Shown piece by piece: positions 13,471-24,640 of a DNA stretch of 64,000 nucleotides. The number at the start of each line of letters is the position of its first letter. The first letter of the stretch is position 1. The position numbers and the translations under genes were made by a program. The notes beneath the pieces are model-generated. The model was not told where the DNA came from, did no database searches, and worked only from the letters and a program-made list of their open reading frames with translations. The DNA is from Lingula anatina (Eukaryota > Animalia > Brachiopoda): NCBI GenBank assembly GCA_051362555.1, contig CM120647.1, positions 12,686,651 to 12,750,650 of the forward strand, read 5' to 3'.

Positions 13471-15344
13471 TAAGGCACTACCACTATGATACTATCCACT
13501 TGATCAAACTCTATCTTGCTTAACATCTTTCCTATTAAAGAAAAAGGTGGAAATGCATAAGCATTTATCTGTGACCAGTCAATAGACAAGGCATCTGTTG
13601 TCATAGCAAATGGATCAGGTTTCCATGATACATATTTAGGTAATTGATTATTCAGCCTTGAAGCAAACAGATCTGTTTCTGGTAGATAAAACTTCTTAGT
13701 TATATCTTTAAATACTGTTTGGTGCAACTTCCATTCAAGATTATCATGATCAAGTCTACTTTCTTTATCAGCTTCTACATTATTTTCTGATTCAATATAT
13801 GCAACTGATAACCATATATTTTTTCCCTTGCACCATAACCAAATTTTTCTGGCCAAGTTATTTAGCGAGGGTATTTTCCCTCCCATTCGAGCAATATATG
13901 ACAAAGCAGTTGTATTATCTATACACATTTTAATGTGAATATTTGTCTCATCTTGTGCAAAGCATTTTAGAGCAAACCATGCAGCTAATAATTCAAGATG
14001 ATTAATGTGAAAAGTACTTTCAACTGCTGACCAGTTTCCTCCTGATGTGATGCCCCTGCATGCTCCCCCCCATCCTTTTTCTGATGCATCAGAATAAATA
14101 ACTAATGAAGGGTTCCCATGTGAAATCAACTTAAAACTTGAATGAATATTTTGTATCCACCAAGTCAAGTCTAGTTTCAAGGCATCATCATTGGCAATCT
14201 GCAATTTTGCTTGAAAGTCTCCTTTACTAGCTTTCAAAGCTTGATTTTTTCTCATATCCAGTGACCTATAAAAAAGAGGCCCATATTCTACACCAGGAAA
14301 AGATGCTACCAATAATCCTACTACTTTTGCCAATTGTAGAATAGTTATACAGTCCTGCTGTAAGAGATCGGTACATGCCGAAAATATTTTATCTGCTTGT
14401 CTCTTGTTTAAGGACACTCGCATTTTTACAGAATCCAATGTAAAGCCTAAAAAATCCAACTTTTGTGTTGGTTCTAAAACAGACTTAGTTGGATGCACAG
14501 TAAACCCTGCTTGAGTAGAAACTTTAACTGTTTGCATCACATTCTCTCTGCAATCTTGCAAAGATTCTCAAACTAAGAGACTGTCATCAATGTATGGACA
14601 ATTCATGTGACCTAATTTCCTCAAATAGGAAAAAATTGGTTTGGTAACTTAAGTAAAAACACGTGGTCCACTCGCCAAGCCATTTGGTAAAACCTGATAT
14701 TCATACAAGTTCCCATCAAATTCAAATCTTAACAGTTTCTTGTGTTCATCACAAACTGCCAGACAATAATAAGCATCTTTCAAATCTATGGTTGACATAA
14801 AACACTGAGGTTTCATAAGATTAATGGCTGACTGCAAACTGGTCATCTTAAAATGATGATATTCAACAGAAGCATTAAGTTTCCTCAGATTTAAAATCAA
14901 TCTGTACTTTCCATCTTTTTTCTCTCTTAAGAAAATATTGGAAATAAATTCACCTGCACAATGTTTGACCTTTCGTATCACTTTCTTCTCTAAAAGTTGA
15001 TGAATTTCAGTACAAATTATATCAGATTCTACTTTATTGAAAGCATAAGTCTGAGGAATTCTTGACTGTTGTGTTGATTGGTCTATTTCAATATTGATAC
15101 CATATGAAACAGTATTCAGTATATACTTATCTGACGTAAGATTTGGCCAAAACTTTTTGCACTTTTGTAAATAACCTGCAGTAAAATTTGCTATCTCAGT
15201 GGCCAATTTATCTTTTAAAGCATCAATATATGATGACCAATTGATACTGACCTCTTTAGGTGCTTCATTTTTTCTCTCTAATCCCGCTTGGGCTTGCCTG
15301 CGTGATTTGGCCTTGATTTCTTGAAATTTCTGTAGCCGTTTTTT
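13164..15344 (-). pseudogene. DIRS pol: reverse transcriptase - RNase H - methyltransferase-like domain, inactivated by two nonsense codons
   Basis: ORFs 14649-15206 and 13164-14561 are the same frame, broken by TAA (14649-14651) and TGA (14568-14570) on either side of YIDD. RT motifs IDLKDAY, LPNGL; RNH YSDAS, HINHLEL, DNTTA; MT DLFAS...YAFPPF. Confidence 0.9.
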
Positions 15345-16414
15345 GAAGGTGTGTACTTTTGAAAACCTCTTGGCCTATATGCTGGGCGATTACGCCCATG
15401 GTAATCTTTACGGCTTCCCACTTTTGTTGCTACCTTGTTGGTTTCATTGATACCTTTCACAACCCCGGCAAAATCATCGCCAAATAACCATTCGGTAATG
15501 GGGGTGTCCGGTGAACAAACGTCTCTGTACTCCCTGTGCAAGTCTGGTTTTATCAGTTCTCTCCTTCTAAGGGATATCTCAATGCTGCCATTGGCAACAA
15601 ACGAAAACGCATTTAATACAAGAGACAAACCAGCTGGAATATCAAATGACTCCTTTTTATTTTTAGCCTCCAGAAACATATTCGCAAGTTGGGCCAGAGG
15701 TGTGAGCGCTCTGACCACCCTGGTCTGCGCTTTCTGTAATCTAATATCTTTACCTCTGGTAGCAGGTAGAATTTTATTCCACACCTCTTTATTAACTTTG
15801 GGCACTTTCAGCCCACCCAAGTTCGCTGGAGGTGGAAACTTTTCCAACTTTTCCTTAATTTTCTCATCCGAAATTCTTTTTGACGTTATTCTGTTGAGAA
15901 TCTCCGCCAATTCTGGCATTATACTAGGAGATGTTGCTTCTTCGTCAATTAATTCTTGGGAAATCTTCTCAAGAATTATATTCCCTTCCGTTTCACTGTG
16001 GATTTCAGTATTAGTCAGTAGGTTGTCAACTTCTAAATCCATATCAAGCGACTCCTCGTCGCTAAGAGCCAACAAATCGTCTTCGTCGACTTCTAAAGGA
16101 CGTTTACTGTTTTCATTGATTTGTTTTTGCATTTGCTCCATTTTTTGGAGAATTTGACCCAAAAGATCGACATTCCCTCCATTGGAGGTGTCATTCGATG
16201 TGCTAGCCGAAGCACGTGGTGTCGGCACTTTCACCTCCTCATTAGAAATCTCCTTAGACGCACTGACAACCCGTTTCGCATGTGTTTTTATCTCCTTGTC
16301 AGTCTTTTGTTTTGGTCTACTCTCTTTGACGATAACTTTACTGGTTTTTGAACCCGAATTTTCGGGCTGATTGTTACCTTCAGAATTTTTATCCGCCATT
16401 TTTTTCGGTGTCAC
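15278..16414 (-). CDS. DIRS gag-like ORF1
   Basis: 378-aa ORF with coiled coil, acidic stretch, P.N...L.VPKVN.EVW, RRRELIKP and LFGDD motifs of DIRS1 ORF1, basic C-terminus. Confidence 0.85.
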   Translation of the reverse strand: MTPKKMADKNSEGNNQPENSGSKTSKVIVKESRPKQKTDKEIKTHAKRVVSASKEISNEEVKVPTPRASASTSNDTSNGGNVDLLGQILQKMEQMQKQINENSKRPLEVDEDDLLALSDEESLDMDLEVDNLLTNTEIHSETEGNIILEKISQELIDEEATSPSIMPELAEILNRITSKRISDEKIKEKLEKFPPPANLGGLKVPKVNKEVWNKILPATRGKDIRLQKAQTRVVRALTPLAQLANMFLEAKNKKESFDIPAGLSLVLNAFSFVANGSIEISLRRRELIKPDLHREYRDVCSPDTPITEWLFGDDFAGVVKGINETNKVATKVGSRKDYHGRNRPAYRPRGFQKYTPSKNGYRNFKKSRPNHAGKPKRD

Positions 16415-16733
16415 TGTATAAAACTTTTACCACGCTTAATATACTTTTATTGCGCAGTACACTTGTGCGCATATAAATTGAAGCGCAGTAGCAATGTGCG
16501 CAGATGTAGCCACAGAACAGTGCTTGTAACAGTCTGAAACGCTAATTCCAACACGTGAAAACAGTAGTTAGCACGATTTCGTGCATTTATTGCGATAAAT
16601 ATGTATCAGTGTGTATTAAAACACACGTCACTGTATTAACAGTATGTCAGCAAAAAACTCAAAACACTGCAGAAATATTAATTTCATGCAGCTTGTAAAT
16701 CCGCGTACGCTTCGCTGAGAAACGGCGCAATGA

Positions 16734-16800
16734 ATGACGCTGAGCTGCGCGCGCATCTCTCATGTGGAGCCTATTACGTCACTAGGCGGTGATGTGGAAT
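16734..16800. repeat. DIRS 5' inverted terminal repeat
   Basis: Reverse complement matches 11732-11797 with several substitutions and one indel. Confidence 0.9.
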
Positions 16801-19800
16801 CATAAAGCCTGCGTCGTCAATACTATTCCCTTTCTCTTCACCTTAAAGTTCTTAAATAATGCTTAGGCAGGGATGGTGGTTGACCTCTACCCTTTATCAC
16901 TTATGCCACAGATCAAACTTGAAGAGAGTCAGTATTTTACCCGGCATGGCGCCATGGTGTCACAATGCCCTTTTTTCGGTGGAAGTTTTTTTTTTTTTTT
17001 TTTCCAAAAGTCACGATGCTGCTTTTGTTTAACTTAATCATACATTTTTTGTTTTTATGTCCCTCCCCTCTTAGGCCCCTGCTTATCAGGACTGTCCAAG
17101 TGGTACTCGGGATTGATTAAGTAGCTTCCCGGGCATAGCACCAGGTAATACTGTAATGGATTTTGGAGGGGGGGGGGAGTCAATGTATCGTAATGAAAAT
17201 GATTAAAAGTACAGATATAAAGTTGTGGTCGTAGTGAGATGTATTGTACATTTAATAACTGATACAATATATATTTGTTAAGAGGTTAAACAGTGTAAGT
17301 AAGAGAGTTGGAGAGTGCATGTGTTGTTCAATAATAATAAAAAAAAAAAGAATAAGGGAGTATAGTTATCATTCCTTCAGGATGATAGAATGATAAATCT
17401 GTGTTAATAGAAATTGCGACCTAAGGTCAAGTATCATACCATTGCCTAATAAGAGAATGATTACATTTTGGTAATGGCGTAATGATGGAAAGTTATGGAA
17501 AAATGGATAATCATAGACATTGTGTAAGAGCTGAGGAATTATTACATTACCAAATAAGGTAATGTAGGAGAAAGACTTTGTGATACATCATGACATTGGA
17601 ATGACGCTCTATAGGATAAAAGAGAATACATTGTAACTGGAAAATAAGAATATACAAATAATTTTTTAGGCTCCCAAAAAGATGTATGTTCTTCATTAAT
17701 AGTACAGGCGAAATAACGGTACTATAAATGGGTCCTGACCCTTTCTGTTTCTGAAAAAAAAACTCACACTAATATTTCCATCCTTGAAATACGATTTTAA
17801 CAATGGTCTGAAGCTCTGTTGGGCGCAAAGGACTGTGGTCAGTATGAGGGTCCAACTTGCCCCGGGTGCACAGTTTTAATTTCAAAGGATTGCAGCCATT
17901 TATGGTGCTAGAATGAACATCGATGGTACATTTCTGTGAATCTTGAAACAATGAGCTTCACTTTGATGCCCTATACATATACAATATTCGATCAAATGCT
18001 TATGAAATAGATTTTAATTACTGTTTAATAAAGTTACTTTAGGATGCCAAATTCTTTCATATGGACTCACTGCCTAAATAAAACTTCACGGCCAACGCTT
18101 TCTTAGCACTATTGGATACGGTCACTTTACTAAATAATGTGATCATTTTTTTTACCCCATAGTTATTTTTTTATAAATTGATGGGGGGGGGGGGCAACTT
18201 ACTAGGGGGCCAACTAGCCCCGGTCTCCCCTACACACAATATAGACACAAAACCCCTTCTTTCTTTATCTTAGATACCCCAAACGTTAATATGTACCTCT
18301 GTTTTAATGCGATATAACACATACAAAGATTTCAAAACTCCACATCAATTTACATGGTATATTTTAAACACCCCTGTCTTGTAACGATATGTGAAGACTT
18401 CACACATAATGCCAGAACAATAGATACACAGTTGTATCGTGTAACGCAAGATCTTTTTATTAAATGAAAAGTTCACGTAATGTCAGAAGTTCAACTGTAT
18501 ATGTTAAATAGCGCCTTATATGTATTGTTTATTTATTAAGAATGTAGTAAACGATTAACTCAAATAAAGTTTCCGCTTGTAATTTATGTTTCGACGAAAA
18601 AATTATTAACGAACGTTTTTGTTGGAAAACTTTTCAACATGCTCATATGATTCGCGTATACTGCTAACAAATAGATAGCCATTTAATCTGTTTATTTCTT
18701 TTAATAATCGCAAACATACATAAAATCGTTGTTTGTCTCTTTCTGAATATGTCAACATGTCTTTTCAAGTCGGCACCTAAAAGGGACACGAAAAAATAAA
18801 ATTATGTTCTTTTAAATCACTCAAATACAATTGTAATTTTAATAAAATGTTCCTGAAAATAGTGCTTCATCAACACCCATACGTAATTAAAGCATTCAAA
18901 ACAGACCGTTACCATTGTATGAGCAAAATGATTGATTTTGGATTCTGAATCACCGTTGGGAGATTTCACATTCTTTAATATTTTTATCCGTTGATCAACA
19001 ATCAATAATTACATGATTACTTGATTATTTAATTCGCCATTGTGTACATGGTCGCTTGTTCGATTGTTCCCTCTTTTTTTTTCGATTGTGCACCATTTTC
19101 GACCCGACTACTTTCGACTGATCCAAACTGTTCCACAGTCGAAGGTTGAACGCCCACACCAGAGTTTTCACTCATGCTCTCAAATTCCTCTTTAGACGCG
19201 GACGCAGACGCTGACGCGGCAGAATTCTTCCAAGGCTCTAAGAAGCGGTAACACATACTTAAGTTCATTTTACTGGTTCAGCATAATGATTTTTTTGTGC
19301 ACCTTTTTTCTCTTTCTCTTCCTGGTATTTACTTTTTAGTATCAACTCTTGTCTTAAGTGGGGTTAAACTATTTTTAACAATAGTTTTATTTACAGCTTA
19401 TTTTTGTACTTGTAATACATTATTGACAACACGTTGTATCGAGTTGCCGTTGATAACTACATGTAACTTATTACCGTTGTATTGAAACTCACCATTAGCC
19501 AGACAGATGAAAACACACACGCCTAGTACGATTATAATTTGCATGGTTATGGACTCCTGAAAAAGGAATAAATCTAGATTAGCAGTGCTCTCACCGATGT
19601 CTATCCTGTAGATTACGAGGAAAAGTGTGTGTGTGCGCGAGAGAGAGAGAGAGAGAGAGAGAGAAGGGCAATAGACATGGATAAATCCTCATCACATATT
19701 ACTACTGACCAGTGTGCAATAAACTTTGCACTGTAATTATCTTGATTTTCACGCAGAGTGGGAAATGCTGAAAGAAAATGATTATTCTAGGAAATCAAAC

Positions 19801-20552
19801 GAACAAGCGATTGAAAAACAACATCAATCCGAATGCAATTTTTACTTGTTCTTACTCACCGTGAAAATCACAGTTCATAAAATTGACGAATATATCGAGA
19901 TGTGTCGTCCCCAGCTCCTTCAAAATTATAAACAGGTGGGTGTGAAACATCGTTTAATATACCTAACAAAATGCGTGTCTTACGTCATTCGGCATCTGAT
20001 CCAGTTCGCTAAAAAATGATGTAACTCAAGATATCTAAATGTTTCGGAAATTAAGCCAGCATAATAAATTGTGCCCACATGTTGACAAACATTTACATAA
20101 GTATGAAACAAAAGAGCAGACTTGTTTTAAAATATGAGACTAAAAGGAAAAAACTTATGTGGGTTGACAGAGAAAAAGGCAGTAGAGCGTTTGCTTCTCC
20201 AAAATCAACCATGGGCAGATTGCGCAAATATGACGTCGAGTCACGTTTGGAAATTTGGAAGTTTTGCAACGCTCGCAAATTTCAAGAATTGTGCTTTATT
20301 TTATTCATAAATGCCAATTGAAAAATTAGAAGAATGAGAAGTTTGTGCTGAAATACTACACAGCTTTTGCCACGCATAAATAACGCAGTATCACAACACC
20401 TGTTCTGCATAAAAATGCAGTTTTCTTTTCAAACACACCGCGTTCTCTAGATCTATTCACTTTGATAGTTACGCATAATGTGCGAGTCAACCTCAACTTT
20501 ATGGGCTTAACCGAATAATATCTAAACATAGTTGCTTCTTGTACCATTACGT

Positions 20553-20622
20553 ATGCACGGACCAACAACATGCACGGACCAACAGCATGCACGGACCAAC
20601 AGCATGCACGGACCAACAACAT
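20553..20622. repeat. 4 x 17-bp tandem repeat downstream of paralog 3
   Basis: ATGCACGGACCAACA(A/G)C four times; single copy at the equivalent site of paralogs 2 and 4. Confidence 0.85.
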
Positions 20623-20709
20623 GATTTTCTTTTCTGTCATCCATATTGTATCACGTGAGAACACAAAAATGCAGTTCCAGTTGTAACATATATTCATGGT
20701 TGCTTTTTT

Positions 20710-23700
20710 TTATTGTGGCACGTCCTTTCTGACAAACACTATATCTAGGTTCCTTAGAATGGTACCTTCCCTGTAAAGTCCTGTATTTTTGAAGATCTCC
20801 CTGATTGCTTTCTCACGTTTTGGCGTATCAGGACTTCTGCCGTAAACCAAGAACTCTACAGTCCACACGTCTACGGTCACATGTTCCCATGGAAACGATT
20901 TAAGGATTTCTATTTCGGCACCCTCTACATCCAAACTAAAGTAGTCCACGTGATTTCGACCGATGGCGGCCAGGAGAGAGTAAATGGGAAAACACTGTAT
21001 GCGACTTTTTCCTTCTACCAAGTTTTGATAATCATTCGGAGTTACATATCTGTGTTTTTGTATCCCTCCGATCTCCTTTGCGAACGTAAAATCGACCATT
21101 GAAGGACACGTTGCTAAGCACGTATTAACAGCGTAAATTTTCCTGGAACGAAGTTATAGCATACAACCCAAGAAACGAGGAAATAAAGAAACATTATCTG
21201 CTACATATAATATATATTTATTAACAAATGAATACATTGGTACATAAATGTTGTGATGTTCTAATGCATATTTTAACTGATGTTGAATATAAAATTTAGA
21301 CATTTATATTGACAGGAATATAAGGTCTGATGGTACAATTAATTACTAGAACCAATAAAAAAACTTTGTGACATTCTATTCACTTTTAGACTAGAAACAA
21401 CTTTTATCCACCTGATGAAAAATTAATTAAAAGGATAATAACTCTTCGTATGAGGTCTATATTTCACAATAAAAACATTGTAAACAACTCACATAAATAT
21501 TATATATTCTATTTTACCACAAAAACGGCAGTTATAGCTATTATTCTGATGTCTGAGCTTGTCATCGGACCACGTGACCTCCATAGATGGATATACTCTG
21601 TTATAATCTCTTCAGCGATTATTACAAAAAAAACAAACTTTTTAGAAAAAATTCAGGGGCTAACTTTGAATGTAAGAATGGATTCATTAACCATTGGTAA
21701 GTATGGGAAAATTATTGTTTACTCCAGGAAAATTCATTTTTTGCCTAAACGAACAGTTATTATCCCTTTAAGCACTGTAACAACTGGAAGCCAGAATATC
21801 CAACAAAGTACATGCACACTACAATGTAAAAACAGTGTTTAGCATTTAAATACATACAACACACGTTAGGCACCTATACGCATTTAGAAATATGTGTAAA
21901 AGCTAAGCACGTATAGCTTTTCAAGCGTTTCACAGAAGTAAAAGCTAGACACGTTGGCAGTGTTACACGTTTAGCTATGTGTTTAACTTCACCGGCATAT
22001 AGCTCTATAACAAGTCTATCACAAGCTAAGCACATTGGCTAAGCACTTCCCCTGCTAAGCGCGTGAGGCTGCTAAACATATGGAGCTGCTATAGGTGTGG
22101 AATTCCTAAACACGTGGAGCTGCTGAACCACACGTTTAGCTTTTCAAGCTTGTCACAGAAAAAAAAATACTTCACAATCCCATGTATACGATCCCATAAC
22201 AAGTTTATTACAAGACTCAACAATTTGGCTTAACACTTCCCCTTGTAAACGTATGGAGCTGTTGGAGGCGTGGAACAGCCTGATCGAACGCGTTGTGTCC
22301 TTCCTTGCAGTAACGTGTGATTATTTAAAATAGACTTATTAAGTAATAATCCAAGTAACAAGTTCACGACGTTATCAGCTGGTTACATGATGGTGATGGT
22401 AAAGAATAGTTATGGTAACGTTATGGGTGTTTTTAACTCCATCCAAAATGATGCCCCTGCAGTTTTATAAGCGTTTTATAACATTCTGGAAAACATTATT
22501 TAATATTTTGAAAACCTTTTTTATGAATAACCAAAACATGTCTTATGCTGTACTAAGATCTTATATATCCTTTTATTAGATCTTAGTGCTGTATGAACTA
22601 CAGTTAGCGGTTTATTCCAAATTGGGCTTGGGTTAGTAGGCGACTAGAGCGGTGCGATTTGTTAAATATTCGGACTATAGTTACCAAAATAACCAGCATG
22701 CGATGAAAGCTTATATAAACCATTATAATGAATACCCCACCATCATCCTGATGTTCTATTGTCCATTACTTCCGGAAAAAATAAATAGACATCCATACCG
22801 TAACGCATTTTATCAAAATATGACAAAAAATGTTTTAAAGTAAAAGTGATAGCTGTTTCGTGTTTTTAGTAAACTAGTGAATTTTCCTAACTTGATTTGC
22901 AGAAATATATTCCAATAAACTTCCTCGCAAGGTCAGCTAACACAAGGATGAATAAGTCCCGCTGCAAAGGTGACGGCATTAAGTCAACGATGTTGACAGT
23001 TTACGGAGCCCTGTTATAGATAGAGATAACTATAGCAGTTACAGGTGACCGTGACTTGGTGTGTGTGTGTGCGCGCGCGTGTGTGACTAAAACAGTTGAA
23101 ACCCCTACCACCTAAAAGTTAAGCAAATGCACCCTACATTTAAAAGGCGTCAAACGCATCAAAGCGTGTAACATGTTAAGGATCTTAACGTGCTTAGGAG
23201 CTAAACGCGTCGAAAAAATGAGACAAAACAGGCGCTTAGAAATGTGTTTAAGTGCTAAACACTGTTTTTACAGTGTACACTACACTACACTACACTATAG
23301 AGTCGATGAATATCTCCTTACAGTTTGCAAAATACCCCTACCTGTTTTTGTTCAAAAGAACTTCAAAGGACCACGGGTTTGGCTCCACAACCAATCCTTC
23401 CCAGTCTCGAGAAATCTCGAAGAAGAGAGAATTGGAATGAGCCTCTCCATCATATGCTCCTGATTCCACGAAGAATCCGTTACGGCGTTGCTTCAAAATC
23501 TCGTCTACCAATTTTGACTGCCCCATTTGATCCCAGTATGTTGCCTTTGGGTTGGAAAGATTATAGTGCAGCTTGGAAGGAGGAAGAATCCATTTCCCTC
23601 TTAAATGTTCTAAAAGGTCTTCACTGAGGGAGTCTATATTCCCGGTTCCAAGACGTTTAATAAATTCTGTGGTCAAACTGTTATTGTGTGGACGTTCTTT

Positions 23701-23832
23701 TATAAAATCACTCAAGTGTTTTGATAAGTAATCCGATTTTGTTTCACGAACGGGATGAAAAATAATCATGAAAATACAAACACCTAGGATAATAACGGCA
23801 AGAACAGCAATTATCCATTTGTTCATCGCCAT
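20710..23832 (-). CDS. FkbM/Methyltransf_21 (Star-like) methyltransferase, paralog 3 (307 aa)
   Basis: Exons 23832-23342 and 21142-20710; 6-bp in-frame deletion early in exon 2 (LATCPSM vs LATGRSPSV); intron enlarged by two TE insertions. Confidence 0.88.
21431..21767. mobile_element. Non-autonomous Kolobok-like DNA transposon in the paralog 3 intron
   Basis: TIRs A(A/G)GGATAATAACT.TTCGT..AGG, TTAA duplicated on both sides, absent from the homologous introns of the other paralogs. Confidence 0.8.
21822..23275. mobile_element. Non-autonomous DNA transposon with CACTG-type (EnSpm/CACTA-like) TIRs
   Basis: ~34-bp TIRs CA(A/C)TGTAAAAACAGTGTTTAGCA.TTAAA.ACAT, TA on both flanks, many GCTAAACAC-like subterminal repeats; absent from the other paralog introns. 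Confidence 0.8.
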
Positions 23833-23923
23833 ATTGCTTGCTCAATTAACCTGTGCTCTCCGAGTCTTTTGGCTTATTCCTACAGTCAACTAAAATAGAT
23901 TGGAAATAAAATGACATTATATT

Positions 23924-24640
23924 AAACTAGAGGATCAGAGAGGCGATACAACCAGGATATCGTACCACCAGTGCATTCGTATGTAAAAGCAAAAATGGAC
24001 ACCACCTCTAGTTTTTGAGCTTGACAAAGAGTTCTAAATATTTTTATTGAAAATTACAATTTAAAACAAAATCATGGGGAAGAGTAAAAGTTTAAATCCA
24101 AATTTGTGAAGTGCAATTAATGGCGAAAAGAAGGTCAAATGTCAATTTTAAGTTAAATTGCCAGTATATGACTTCCTGTTCAAGTGCAATAGTAACTATA
24201 TGGGCGTTCCTCTACCAGTTTTGGGGATACAACGAACCAAAAAAGTTGCAAAGTTCAGTCCATGGTAAAAAGTAGGTCAAAGGTCAATTTTAAGGTCACA
24301 GATTGTCAATATATGACTTCCTATTAAAATCTTATAGTAATTATGGCCATATCTATGCCAGTTTTAAAGGTAAAGCATTGAAAAAGTTTTAAAATTCAGT
24401 TCATGGTGAAAAGTAGGTCAAAGGTCAATTTAAGGTCACAACTAACTATGGCCCTATCTCTGCCAGTGTTAGCGATATAAGGGATTAAAATGTTCCAAAC
24501 TTCAGTTCATGTTGAAAAGTAGGTCAAAGGTCAATTTCAAGGTCACAGTTAAATTACAACTATATGACTTCCTATTCAACTTTTATAGTAACTATGGACC
24601 TATCTCTGCCAGTTTTGGAGATATAAGGGACTAATGTTAC
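23924..24640. repeat. Interspersed element with internal ~105-140-bp tandem units (Helentron/HINE-like)
   Basis: AAAAGTAGGTCAAAGGTCAATTT core recurring at ~24126, 24268, 24409, 24515; begins where similarity to the other paralog upstream regions stops. Confidence 0.55.

Larger units (their letters stand above)
11683..16800 (-). mobile_element. Full-length DIRS1-like tyrosine-recombinase retrotransposon
   Basis: Order gag, RT/RNaseH/MT, YR. Non-identical ITRs 11732-11797 and 16734-16800; 3' extension 11683-11731; ICR 11871-11997 complementary to both termini; both ends carry the AAT/ATT trinucleotide that is single at the ICR junction. Confidence 0.95.

Noticed and set aside
14568-14651. Programmed read-through or selenocysteine at the two pol stops
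   Set aside because: Each is one substitution from a plausible sense codon (AAA to TAA, GGA to TGA); simple inactivating mutation is more parsimonious.
15435-16157. 240-aa plus-strand ORF
   Set aside because: Antisense shadow of gag, Ser/Leu/Phe-rich with no recognisable domain.
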